Source: a plasmid
DNA length: 64,000 nucleotides
Sequence record: NZ_CP067424.1
Direction: 5' to 3' (one strand)
The position numbers and the translations under genes were made by a program. The notes beneath the pieces were generated by a model. The model saw nothing but the letters and a program-made list of their open reading frames with translations. It was not told the origin of the DNA and searched no databases. Numbering within the stretch: position 1 is the first letter of the stretch; each line of letters starts with the position of its first letter. This document shows positions 1-9,633 of the stretch, in pieces.

Positions 1-2589
1 CAGCTCGGCCAGCGCGCGGGCCAGGCCGGTGGGCCGGTCCTTGACCTGCAGCATCCGCATCACCGAGCCGGCCTGGACATACCCGAGCCTCAGGGAGCCG
101 GCAAGCCGCAGGAGGTCGTCCCAATGGCGCTCGATGAGGCCGGTGTCGATGCGATGACGCGGCAGGTCGTCCAGGGGGCCGTAATCGGCATCGCGGTCGA
201 TGCGCCACAGGCGGGCGCCGCCGATGTCGGCCAACCGCGGGCTGAACTGGTAGCCGAGCAGCCAGAACAGGCCGAAGACGCTGTCGGCATAGGCGGCGGT
301 GTCGGTCATGATCTCGGCCGGTTCCAGCTCGGTCTCCTGGTCGAGCAGCAGTCCCAGGATGAGCAGGCTGTCGCGCAGCGTACCGGGCACGACCACGGCG
401 TTGAGGCCGGTGAACTGGTCGGAGACCAGGTTGTAGTAGGTGATCCCACGGCCAGCACCGAAGTACTTGGGGTTGGGACCGGCGTGGACGGCGTGGCCCG
501 GGGCCACGAACCGAATGCCGTCGGCCGAGGCGACCTCGCCGGCTCCCCAGATCCGGGCGATCGGCAGCGCGTTCTGGGCGGCCACCAGGCGCCGGTTGGC
601 GGCGATGGTCTCGGCGCGGATGAAGTTCTGCTGGACCCAGGACAGCCGGGCACGGCCGAGTGCCGGCTGGTCGGAACGGACCATCGGCTCGAAGCCGATG
701 TTGCAGGCCTCCGCCACCAGAACGGCGCACAGGCTCATGAGAAACGCCTCCACCCGCGCTTTTCTCTCGCTGACATGGGTGAAGGCCTCGGCGAACCCGG
801 TGCGCGCGGCGATTTCCAGCAGGATGTCGGGCAGATCGACGTTCGGCAAGCGGCCCTGGACGGCGGATTGAAGCGCGACCAGGCTGGGCGACCGATCGAG
901 CTTGTCGAGCGGCCTGACGACCAGTTCGTCCTTCCCATCACGTGTCTCGATCCGCAGCGCGGCGTTGCCGGCTATCCCGGAGGCCACCTGCCGCCACGCC
1001 CGATCGAGCCTCTGCCCCAGGCCGGCCAGCTCCGCTTCGGCATCCGCCGACCGGCCGAGGGAGCGGCAGACCGTGAGGCGGGCGCTTTCCCACGCCTCGC
1101 CGACCAGCAGCCCGCGCCGGGGATCGGCAAAGCGAAGGCCGGGCATGATGAACACGTCGCGCCGTTTCAGCGCCCTCCGGAAGGCTTCGAGCACGGCGAA
1201 GACATAGGCCTTGCCGTTGATGACCTGCCCGCCGTCGTCGAGGACGTGGCGTTTCCATGCCGACCCGATCACCCCAGTGGGAGCGCCGGTCATCCCAGCC
1301 CCCGTCCAGGTCTTGAGGCCGCGCAGATAATCGAGCGCCTCCCGCACCGGCTGCCCGCCGGGCGCCGCTCCGATGGTGACGCGGAGCAGGAAACCGGAGA
1401 ACAGCCGATGGACCCGCCGCCACCTGGCGCGAAGTTCGGCGTAGCGCGGCGTGTCGGGAGGACAGGCCAGGGTCTCGACCAATGCCATCGCGGCGGTGAT
1501 GTCGGTTTCGGAGATGGTCGTGAAGAGGGCCTCGCGCCATTGGTCGAGTGGCAGCTCCTCGCCGCCGATCGCCAACCGGACGACGTCCCTGAGCCTCAGG
1601 GCCGCCGCGTCGAGGTCGCGCAAGGTCCGCAGGCGCGCCTTGCGATGGGCAGTGTCGGCTTCGCTGACAACGTCGGTCACCAGGGCCTCGAACAGCTCCA
1701 CCGCGTCGTCGAGGGCGGCGGCCTCGAGGGTGCTGAACAGCGCGGCGAGGGTGGCGGTGCGGCGCGGCTCCGGAAGCGCCAGGACCGCCGAGGGCCGCGC
1801 CGCGCGGGCGAACCGTGCCAGGCGCTGGACCGCCGCGGCCGGGATGGTGCCCGGCGGCCTGGGGACCAAGCCGAGGGACCGGACGGCGTCGATCCGTTCC
1901 AGATGCCGGATGAACTCGGTGGGCATGCGCCGGGCCGGTGCCTTGCGCAGGTCGTCCAGGGTGGACAGGGTTTGGCCGCCCGGCTCGAGCAGGCCCTGGA
2001 TCCGGGCGCGCTGCCCGTCGTTCAGGCTGCTGGCCAGGACCCGCCAGAGGCGCCGCTGGGCCCGGTGGCAAATGCGCGCGACGAAGCGTTCGAGCGTCGT
2101 GGCGCCGGGCAGGAGGATCTTGTTGGCCGCCAGCCAGGACGTCGCCCGGTCGAAGAGAAGGCTCGGGCGGTCGTCCCCGGTCCAGGCGAGCGTGTAGAGC
2201 CAGCGGGCCAGCCGGAACCGCGTCGCGCCGTCCTCGGCGAAGTCCCGGAAGCTGTAGCGCTCGCGGATCACGGCCACGTGGCGCCACCGCTGGCGCCTAT
2301 CGCCATAGGACGCGAGATCCACGTCGCTCCTTTCGCCGAGCTGCTGGGCGATGTCGGCGATCACCCCGCGCGGCACCTGCCCGAGGTCGTCGAGGAACAC
2401 CCCCAGGAACCGGACGGTGCCGAGCTGGGCCGCGAAGCCGATGCGGTTGTGGGCGCCGCGCAGCAGGGCAATGACCTCGCGGTCGGCGGCATCGAGATGG
2501 AAATGGCGGGCCAGCTGCTCCTCATTCGGCTCTCCCGCGTAGCGGCCATAGCGCTGACGCTGCTCGTCGCTGAGGAAGCGGGTCGCCAT
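1..2589 (-). CDS. tnpA: Tn3-family transposase TnpA, N-terminal about 860 aa (gene continues beyond window start)
   Basis: Minus-strand translation from the ATG at 2587-2589 reads MATRFLSDEQRQRYGRYAGEPNEEQLARHFHLDAADREVIALLRGAHNRIGFAAQLGTVRFLGVF... and I checked it by hand for about 160 codons without a stop. This is a DUF4158-like N-terminus typical of Tn3-family transposases. It is divergent from the adjacent serine resolvase. It is absent from the ORF track, presumably because no stop codon lies inside the window. Confidence 0.7.
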   Translation of the reverse strand, partial: MATRFLSDEQRQRYGRYAGEPNEEQLARHFHLDAADREVIALLRGAHNRIGFAAQLGTVRFLGVFLDDLGQVPRGVIADIAQQLGERSDVDLASYGDRRQRWRHVAVIRERYSFRDFAEDGATRFRLARWLYTLAWTGDDRPSLLFDRATSWLAANKILLPGATTLERFVARICHRAQRRLWRVLASSLNDGQRARIQGLLEPGGQTLSTLDDLRKAPARRMPTEFIRHLERIDAVRSLGLVPRPPGTIPAAAVQRLARFARAARPSAVLALPEPRRTATLAALFSTLEAAALDDAVELFEALVTDVVSEADTAHRKARLRTLRDLDAAALRLRDVVRLAIGGEELPLDQWREALFTTISETDITAAMALVETLACPPDTPRYAELRARWRRVHRLFSGFLLRVTIGAAPGGQPVREALDYLRGLKTWTGAGMTGAPTGVIGSAWKRHVLDDGGQVINGKAYVFAVLEAFRRALKRRDVFIMPGLRFADPRRGLLVGEAWESARLTVCRSLGRSADAEAELAGLGQRLDRAWRQVASGIAGNAALRIETRDGKDELVVRPLDKLDRSPSLVALQSAVQGRLPNVDLPDILLEIAARTGFAEAFTHVSERKARVEAFLMSLCAVLVAEACNIGFEPMVRSDQPALGRARLSWVQQNFIRAETIAANRRLVAAQNALPIARIWGAGEVASADGIRFVAPGHAVHAGPNPKYFGAGRGITYYNLVSDQFTGLNAVVVPGTLRDSLLILGLLLDQETELEPAEIMTDTAAYADSVFGLFWLLGYQFSPRLADIGGARLWRIDRDADYGPLDDLPRHRIDTGLIERHWDDLLRLAGSLRLGYVQAGSVMRMLQVKDRPTGLARALAEL

Positions 2590-2711
2590 GGTTCGCACAT
2601 CTCCGGACATTTGCGAGGGCCGGGCGGGATCAGGAAAACCAACGGCTTGACCCTCGCAAAACATAGGCGCGAAAGTGCGTCTTTTTGCGATATGTTTTGC
2701 GAGGCTGCGGC
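2590..2711. promoter_or_regulatory. tnpA-tnpR intergenic region, candidate res site and divergent promoters
   Basis: This is a 120-bp divergent intergenic region containing the inverted motifs TTGCGAGGG / CCCTCGCAAAACA and the repeat TTTTGCGATATGTTTTGCGAGG. Its position between tnpA and tnpR is where res sites lie in Tn3-family elements. Confidence 0.35.
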
Positions 2712-3182
2712 ATGAGGCTGGGCTACGCGCGGGTGTCCACCGAGGACCAGGCCCTGGAGCGCCTGCTCGCCGAGCTGCGGACCGACGATGTCCTGGTCGT
2801 CACCCGGCTCGACCGGCTGGCGCGCTCGACGGCGGAACTGCTGCGTATCGTCCAGACCATTGAGGAGAAGCGCGCGGGCCTCCAGTCGCTCGAGGAGCCC
2901 TGGGCGGACACCACGTCCCCCGCCGGCCGGATGGTGCTGACCGTCTTTGCCGGCATCGCCGAGTTCGAGCGCGCCCTGATCCGCCAGCGTACTGAGGAGG
3001 GCCGGACCGCCGCCAAGAAGCGCGGCGTCCCCTTCGGCCGTCCCCGCAAGCTCCGGCCCGACCAGCAGGACCTGATCCGCCGCCTGATTGAGGAGGGCCG
3101 GTCCGTCAGCGACGTTGCCCGGGCCTTCAATGTCCATCCGGCGACGATCTACCGCTGCCTGGAGACCGCCCAGCCCTTATGA
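2712..3182 (+). CDS. tnpR: Serine recombinase, resolvase type (TnpR-like)
   Basis: The product begins MRLGYARVSTEDQALERLL...LVVTRLDRLARS, which matches the resolvase/invertase catalytic domain with the active-site Ser in the RVST motif, and it has a C-terminal HTH (VSDVARAFNVHPATIYR). Confidence 0.85.
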   Translation: MRLGYARVSTEDQALERLLAELRTDDVLVVTRLDRLARSTAELLRIVQTIEEKRAGLQSLEEPWADTTSPAGRMVLTVFAGIAEFERALIRQRTEEGRTAAKKRGVPFGRPRKLRPDQQDLIRRLIEEGRSVSDVARAFNVHPATIYRCLETAQPL

Positions 3183-3408
3183 CAGTACGCCGTTCCGTTC
3201 ATGCGCACAGTCCAATACGGCGGACTCGGATGGCAGATGCCAGTACACTGATGCATACAAAAGATGCACCTGAATCGGCAAAAAGGTAGTCTTTACATGA
3301 GCTTGGATGTCGCTCCTTGAATCTTTTGTATGCGTCAGTGCACTAGTATTTTTACTAATCAATCTGTAACACCCGCATTTGTGTCCTTGCTATTACCTCG
3401 AAAGGAGA

Positions 3409-4125
3409 ATGCGGACAGCGGATCAGCCGCCCGAACGAATGCGGAACATCAATGATTCATTGCTAAGTGTCGGATTTTGCGGCAAAACTTCCATTTTTCG
3501 GCATCACAGGAAGGTCATGCCAAGGAAGCGCGACCCGTCTGTCTTCACGACATCAGTTTCAGGGATTTCTGATGATGCTTGGGATGTCTTCAGGGGGGAA
3601 GTGAGGAGACTTCAAAGACATATCCCGAGTTATACGTTGCGGCAAGCGCTGGAGCAGTCAATTTATTCCATAAGAGGAGAGATCGAACGGCGCGATGAAT
3701 ATGGATCGCAGTTGATGATATACCCTCTTCCTGAAGGTGAAAGCAGGCCAGTGTCTATCCAGATAGATAAGAGATTTCGCGAGTATTTACATCATTGCTC
3801 AAAGTTAACTGGATACAAACAGAATGTAATTTTACTCAATGGTATGCTCTTGAATGCTCTGTCCATGAATGATTTGTCGACGGAACACGAGTATGAAGAA
3901 GAGAAAGAAACGTTTAGTGGCATGATTGCGGAAGGAAGAAATATTATAGGGGAAGGAAATAAAATATTAACTTCCTTAGAAGTGAAAGATTTTCTTAGGC
4001 AAATGTATAATGATAAAAAAGATAAAAACATCAAGGATATATATTTGAGAATGACTGGCAAGTCACCTCCAAATCCGTCTTCTAGCGGGTATGGTTACAT
4101 GTCGCATGGGATAAAAACCGCTTAA
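3409..4125 (+). CDS. Hypothetical protein (low-GC, no recognisable domain)
   Basis: An ATG at 3409 sits 5 nt downstream of AAGGAG. GC content drops sharply relative to the flanks and the protein is rich in charged residues. The ORF is in the track as 3379..4125. Confidence 0.45.
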   Translation: MRTADQPPERMRNINDSLLSVGFCGKTSIFRHHRKVMPRKRDPSVFTTSVSGISDDAWDVFRGEVRRLQRHIPSYTLRQALEQSIYSIRGEIERRDEYGSQLMIYPLPEGESRPVSIQIDKRFREYLHHCSKLTGYKQNVILLNGMLLNALSMNDLSTEHEYEEEKETFSGMIAEGRNIIGEGNKILTSLEVKDFLRQMYNDKKDKNIKDIYLRMTGKSPPNPSSSGYGYMSHGIKTA

Positions 4126-4242
4126 AACTTATTAGCGCCCAGTTCTATTTTGCCTAGTAATTTTACTAGACAAAAGCGCTTGCCAAACCCCGCCGCTTGA
4201 GTCCATCCTGCCCTCACCCTTCCGCAGCCAACAGGTGACGCT

Positions 4243-5331
4243 GTGCCATCGAAGAAAACGCCGACCGGCTCGCGCGAAGGGGATCAGTACGGTTTCGACC
4301 TCTCCGCCTCCCGTGGCCGTGCCATGCGGGAGAAGATGCGCCAAGCTGCGGAGTCGGCGGACGACAGGGGCGACCTGAAGCCTCTCGGCAGCGCGATCAC
4401 CCTTCCCGCTCTGACGCCGATCAAGAAGCGCCTGCTGGAAGCATCTGTCGAGATCAGGGCGGACGAGCCGGAGGAGCTGGCATTCCAGCACACATGCCTG
4501 ACGCAATGCTCGATGCCTGCCGCCAAGCCGAAACCGGGAGTGCTGACATGGGAGCGCCGTCAGGGCCGCACCATGCTTCAGGTATCCGCCGGAACGGCGA
4601 TGAACCCCAAGGGCGGGAAATGGGTGCAACTCGGCCTGCCGTATGGCCCCAAGGCCCGCCTGCTGCTGATGCACCTGAACAGCGAGGCGATCCGCAGCGG
4701 CTCCCCCGTCATTCCGGTGGAAGACAGCATGACGGCGTTCTTCCGCCGCCTGATGGGCCGGTCTATCGACGGGCGCCAGGTGCGCATGCTGAAGACGCAG
4801 CTTTCGGCGCTCGCCGCCGCGACCTTCCGCATGGGTATCGCCTACGAAGACCATTCCATGCAGATGACCGGCCAAGTGGTCGGAGCCTTCGAGCTTTGGT
4901 CGCTGACCGATGAGGGGCAGCGGGTGCTATGGCCAGCCACCCTGCGCCTGTCGACCGATTATTTTGACAGCCTGAGCCGGTATGCGGTGCCGCTGGATGA
5001 GCGGGCTATCGCGGCGCTCGCCTTCTCCGCCGTGGCACTGGACATCTATTGCTGGCTGGCGCAGCGCCTGCATCGTATCCCGGTCGGAAGGCAGCAATTC
5101 GTACCGTGGACGGCGCTGCTGGAGCAGTTCGGGCAGGGGTACAGGGAAATCCGGTTTTTCCGCCGCGACTTCCTGCACCTCCTGCAGCAGGTAAAATCCG
5201 CTTACCCTGAAGCGATCTTTGATGCGGACGGCAAGGGCATGTACCTCACGACCTCGCCGCCGCCTGTCAGAAAGAAGCTGGTGATGCTGCCGGGTGCGAA
5301 GACGCTAGACCTGAAGGCGGTGAAAAGTTGA
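4243..5331 (+). CDS. repA: Plasmid replication initiator RepA (RPA / replication protein A family of alphaproteobacterial plasmids)
   Basis: The protein is 362 aa and contains ...FQHTCLTQCSMPAAKPKPGVLTWERRQG...GLPYGPKARLLLMHLNSEAIRSGSPVIPV..., which resembles RPA-family initiators. It is followed by an iteron array. Confidence 0.7.
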   Translation: MPSKKTPTGSREGDQYGFDLSASRGRAMREKMRQAAESADDRGDLKPLGSAITLPALTPIKKRLLEASVEIRADEPEELAFQHTCLTQCSMPAAKPKPGVLTWERRQGRTMLQVSAGTAMNPKGGKWVQLGLPYGPKARLLLMHLNSEAIRSGSPVIPVEDSMTAFFRRLMGRSIDGRQVRMLKTQLSALAAATFRMGIAYEDHSMQMTGQVVGAFELWSLTDEGQRVLWPATLRLSTDYFDSLSRYAVPLDERAIAALAFSAVALDIYCWLAQRLHRIPVGRQQFVPWTALLEQFGQGYREIRFFRRDFLHLLQQVKSAYPEAIFDADGKGMYLTTSPPPVRKKLVMLPGAKTLDLKAVKS

Positions 5332-5365
5332 GGCGTATGCTCCTCTTTTTCCCGTTCTGATCAAC

Positions 5366-5920
5366 GTGCAATCGCTCACGCTTTGGGGCATCCAAAGCCA
5401 GTGATCACGCATGCTTAGGCCCAGCTACGTGCAATCACTCACGCCCCTTGACGCCGCTCGATCTCCTCTGCCGAAGGCCCTTCGGGTGAGAATGGCCCCT
5501 CGATAATGCGACGAGCATATTTTGAAGCTTTCGCAGCAGTATCATCACTTGGTACAGCTCTCGGTCTGCCAGAATTGCGATCATGAACCGTATCCAACCA
5601 TGACTGGACTTCCTCCATGAAGGCCATCTGCTCGTTTCTAGTTTTACCGATCTTCCCGCCCCTCTGCAGAAATCTCCCCAGAACCGCCTCAACAGCAAGC
5701 GCGTAAGCCTTTTCGTCAAACTCTTCCTTGTAGAAGTCGTATATCATTTGCTTTCAGTTTCTCCGTTATTGAACGCACAGTTTTATGAACCTATTGCGCC
5801 CAACCGCACAAGTCACTCCATTGGGAGGTGGACTAAATCGCCTATTCACAGGTAATCGCTCACGCTATCTGCGTGCAATCGCTCACGTTTTCCGGGGCTG
5901 ATCGACGTGCAATCACTCAC
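5366..5920. repeat. Iteron array (about 5 copies of GTGCAATC[G/A]CTCAC), candidate oriV
   Basis: Copies lie at about 5366-5379, 5429-5442, 5851-5863 (variant GGTAATCGCTCAC), 5873-5886 and 5907-5920. They are directly repeated downstream of repA and flank a small ORF. Confidence 0.6.
5439..5747 (-). CDS. Hypothetical small protein between iteron groups
   Basis: A 102-aa ORF with GGAG about 14 nt upstream of the ATG. It has lower GC content and no recognisable domain. Confidence 0.3.
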   Translation of the reverse strand: MIYDFYKEEFDEKAYALAVEAVLGRFLQRGGKIGKTRNEQMAFMEEVQSWLDTVHDRNSGRPRAVPSDDTAAKASKYARRIIEGPFSPEGPSAEEIERRQGA

Positions 5921-6131
5921 TCAAACCTCTAAGACTCTTAACCTCTAAGAATCCGGTAGTTGGTGCTGGATAACGGGGAAAGCGGGGAAGTGCCATCGTC
6001 TCGATGGTGGAAGGGTAGCAGCGGGAGAGCCAGCCGCCTCAAGGACGCTTCGCGCCGCCTCCGGCGGTGCCTTTCAGGCATCCTTGACCCGTCTGTCTCC
6101 CCGTGCTTAGCAGGAGCCATCGGGACGAAGG

Positions 6132-6169
6132 GCGGGTGTAGGGGTGTTTCCAGCATCTCTGCGAAAATA
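6132..6169. repeat. Left 38-bp terminal IR of the Tn4430-like transposon
   Basis: It starts with GGGG and matches the reverse complement of 12637-12674. Confidence 0.6.
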
Positions 6170-6238
6170 TACTGTAGCGTATTGCACGCCATATTAACCT
6201 CGTGGATCGGAGCCGGGCGCAATGGCCTGCGCCAGCGC

Positions 6239-8690
6239 TCAGACTTCGACCGGCTCGGGCAAGTCGAAGGCGGGCATGGTGCGGTTGACGAAGTAGACCC
6301 CACTGGGAACGATATGCCGGCGCTGGAGCGGCCAGACATGGGCGAGATCCTGGTCGGCGATCGTCATGCCGCCGGTGCGCAGCTCGCTGACGATGCGCGC
6401 CATTTGCAAAGTGTTCCACAGCACCACCGCGTTAGACAGCAGGCCGAGGCAACTCGCCCGGTTCATCATCGCCTCGTAGTCGCTGGTGCGGAACTCGCCC
6501 TGATTGGCGAAGAACAGCCAGCGGGCCAGGGCGTGGCGGGATTCACCGCGGTTGAGCTGGGCCTGGATGCGCCGGCGCAGCGGCGCGTCGTGGAGGTAGC
6601 GCAGAACGTTGCGCGTCTTGACCAGGCGGCCGAGCGTGGTCAGCGCCTTGGCCACACGATCGTTGGGACCGCCGGCGGTGAGACGCTGCAGCACGACATG
6701 CGCCGGCGCCGTGCGGGCCTTGAGCGAGGCCGCGACGCGGACGAGTTGGTCCCATTGCTCGATCAGAAGGGTCGTCTCGCTGGTCCCTGCGAACAGCGCG
6801 GCGAGATCCTCGGGGATCGCGGCACCCTCGGGCCGCCAGAGCCGCTGGTCGCTCAGATCCTTGAGGCGCGGCATGAAATCGATGCCCAGGAGATGGCACA
6901 GGCCCCACAAGGGTTCGGTGAAGCCGTGGGTGTCGGTGGTGTGCTGGCGGGGATCGAGGCTGGTATCGTTCTCGAGCAGGCCGTCGAGGACGTAGGTCGC
7001 TTCCCGCGGGGCGCAGGAAATGAGCTGGGTGGCGAAGACGCCGATCCGGTCGCTGACGTGGGTGTAGACGGTGACGGCCTTGTCGTAATGGCCGAAGTAG
7101 CGGGGGTGGTAAGCGCCGATCAGGGTGCCCGGCGGGGCCCGGAAGCGCTGGCCATCCGAGGACGACAGCCGGCCGTCGCCCCAGACCGCGGCGAAATCAA
7201 CCTGATGGAGATGCTCGACGATCCGGGCGCTGGCGGCCTTCAGGGTGGCGTCGCGCACCAGCCAGCGCGCGGTCTGCTGGAGATCGGCGGCGGTCAGGTC
7301 CTCGACGCTGTCGCCCATGGCGGTCAGGCCGAGGTTGGTGCCGTGGGCGATCAGGGTGGCGAGCAGGGCACGGTAGGTGTCCTGCGCGCGCGGCTCATAG
7401 CCGGCAAGCGGATGGAAGGCGCGGGAAAAGCCGCAGCGCTGGTCGACCTCGAGCAGAACATCCTCGATCCGGACCCGGGGCATCCGGCTTTCGATCTCGC
7501 GGCGCAGATGGCGGACCTCGGGCGACAGCGGCAAGGCATCGGGCCGGTGGAGACGCAACTGGCCCTGCTCGATGCCGGCGAAGTCGTTGGCCGCCCGCCC
7601 GGCGGCAAAGGCGCCGGCGGCGGTTTCGATGGCGCGCGCCAGATCGGCGAGGTGTTCGGCCGGCCGTTCGGGCAGACCGAGATCGGCGTAGGCGCCGGTT
7701 CGGGCGCTCGCCCACAGCCGCTCGTCGAGCACCAGCGACCAGAAGCCGGCATGGCGCCGGCTGTCGGGCAGATGGAGATCGCCCGAGCGCAGCGCGTCGC
7801 GGACCGCCAGGGCGAGCGCAGTCTCCCAGACCGAGCGGCGCAGCCGGCCGCGCTCGTCGCGCAGCACCGTTCGCCAGCCGGGCGGGACGAAGCCGGTCGG
7901 CGCGTCCTCCGGCAGGGTCTTGATCTCACCGCGGTCGAGCTGGCGAACCAAGTCGATCGCCCGCGGCAGGTCATCGTGACCGGTGTCGGAGGTGAATGGC
8001 AGCGACAGGAAGGCCGGCAGGGACTTGCGCAGATCCGGGTAGCGGGCGAGGACGGCGTCGACCACGCCGCGGCTGTCCTGGGTGGAAACCGCCTCGCAGG
8101 CGGCGACCGCGCCCCGCAGCCGCTCGGCCCCGAGGCGGCCGCGCAGGCCAGCCACGGATTCCTCAGGGTCGCCGGCGAGGACCGCCTTGCCGGTATCGAC
8201 CAGCGTGAGCAGGCCGTCCTCGGCCGCGCGCCGCAGACGCCGGGCCTCGGCTTCGGCGGCATGGCGGGCGCGGCGCATCAGGCCGGTCATGTGATTGTCA
8301 TGGGCCTGCACCAGGTCGTCGAGCAGCCCCTGGCGCCGGTCGAGCAGAAAGCAGACGAGCAGGCCGTGGCGCTTGTCGGGCGGAAAGCGCCGCAGGGCAC
8401 GGCCATCGTAGCGCCGGCACAGCTGGGCGAGTTGCTGACGAACCCGCTGGGGCACCTCGGCAAGATCAGGCAGATCGGCCAGCATGACCGTGATCTCGTC
8501 CAGCCGCTGACAGGCCTCACGGGTGAACCGCCCCATCGACGCTGCCGAGGGCGTGCGGTAGCGGCCGAGGGAGGCACGGCCCTCCGTACCGGCGTCGTCG
8601 GCCAGCTGACCGACCAGCCGGTCGAGGGCCGCGCGCAGGGATGAGGGAAGGCGGGCGGCGAGGCGGTTGAACAGGCCGTTCAGGGCCTGG
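6239..8690 (-). pseudogene. tnpA: Tn3-family transposase, C-terminal about 815 codons (tnpA interrupted by IS21)
   Basis: The track ORF 6239..8536 contains ...LIAHGTNLGLTAM...DTHGFTEPLWGL..., typical of the Tn3 TnpA catalytic region. The frame continues upstream without an ATG to the IS junction at 8690. Confidence 0.7.
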
Positions 8691-8754
8691 TGTAAAGGGC
8701 GGATGAAGCTTCCCCAGATCGGGCGGGTGAATAATCCCCAGTCGGTTTGTCAGG

Positions 8755-9633
8755 TTATAGGTCGGTGTCTGGCTGGGTAGAGGTCATTTTCGGTGGTCGT
8801 CCCCGGCGGCGTGGTTGAGGTTGAGGGGTAGTGATGGATCGGGTTCGAGTGTTGTCCGGGATCAGGTCGGCGTGGCGGCGGAGCCGGTAGCTGGCTCCCT
8901 CGATCTGAACGACAACGGCATGGTGTAGCAGGCGGTCCAGCAGCGCGGTGGCGACGACGGTGCCGCCGAAGACATCGCCCCATTCGGCAAAGCCGCGGTT
9001 CGAGGTCAGGATCATCGCGCCGCGTTCGTAACGGGCATTTACCAGCTGGAAGAATAGGTTGCCGCCCCCCGGGATGACGGGCAGATAGCCGATCTCATCG
9101 ACGATCAGCAACTGGGGCCGGCACAGAAAACGCAGGCGTTCGCGCAGGGTGCCTTCCCGCTCCGCCTTGGCGAGCGAACTGACGATGTCGGCCAGGGTGG
9201 CGAAGTAGACCGAACGACCGGACTTGACCGCCTCGACACCGAGGGCCAGCGCCAGATGGGTTTTGCCGCAGCCGGGTTGACCGAGGAAATGGACCGCCTC
9301 GTGGCGATCGACGAAGTCGAGCTGGGCCAGCGCCATGATGCGGTCGCGGTCAAGCGAGGGCTGGAAGGAGAAGTCGAACCCGCCCAGGGTCTTGATGTTG
9401 ATCAGCCGGCCCATCTTCAGCGCGGACCTGACGCGTCGCCCCTCCCGCAGGGTCAGTTCCTCGCCGAGCAGGGTGTCGATGGCCTCCAGGGCCGAGATCT
9501 CGCCGCGTTCGATCCGCCGCAGGATATGCTCCAGCACTTCGAGCGCGCGCGGCATGTTGAGACCGACCAGGTGAGCGCGGATGCGGTCGAGCGTGGCGGG
9601 GCTGGCCGCCGGATCGAGGGTGGTTGCGGTCAT
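8755..9633 (-). CDS. istB: IS21-family helper ATPase IstB
   Basis: The protein carries Walker A GQPGCGKTHLALALG and Walker B LLIVDEIGY. Its ATG overlaps the istA stop in an ATGA arrangement. Confidence 0.9.
   Translation of the reverse strand: MTATTLDPAASPATLDRIRAHLVGLNMPRALEVLEHILRRIERGEISALEAIDTLLGEELTLREGRRVRSALKMGRLINIKTLGGFDFSFQPSLDRDRIMALAQLDFVDRHEAVHFLGQPGCGKTHLALALGVEAVKSGRSVYFATLADIVSSLAKAEREGTLRERLRFLCRPQLLIVDEIGYLPVIPGGGNLFFQLVNARYERGAMILTSNRGFAEWGDVFGGTVVATALLDRLLHHAVVVQIEGASYRLRRHADLIPDNTRTRSITTPQPQPRRRGRPPKMTSTQPDTDL

Noticed and set aside
938-2287. 449-aa minus-strand ORF
   Set aside because: It is in a different frame from the hand-verified tnpA reading frame and its composition is biased (Arg/Pro/Gly), so it is an artefact.
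124-2715. 863-aa plus-strand ORF
   Set aside because: It is antisense to the Tn3-family tnpA. Its product is Ala/Gly/Arg/Pro-rich with no domain signal, which is typical of a high-GC antisense artefact.
5960-8644. 894-aa plus-strand ORF
   Set aside because: It is antisense to the Tn4430-like tnpA C-terminal part. The real gene on the minus strand has clear Tn3 transposase motifs.
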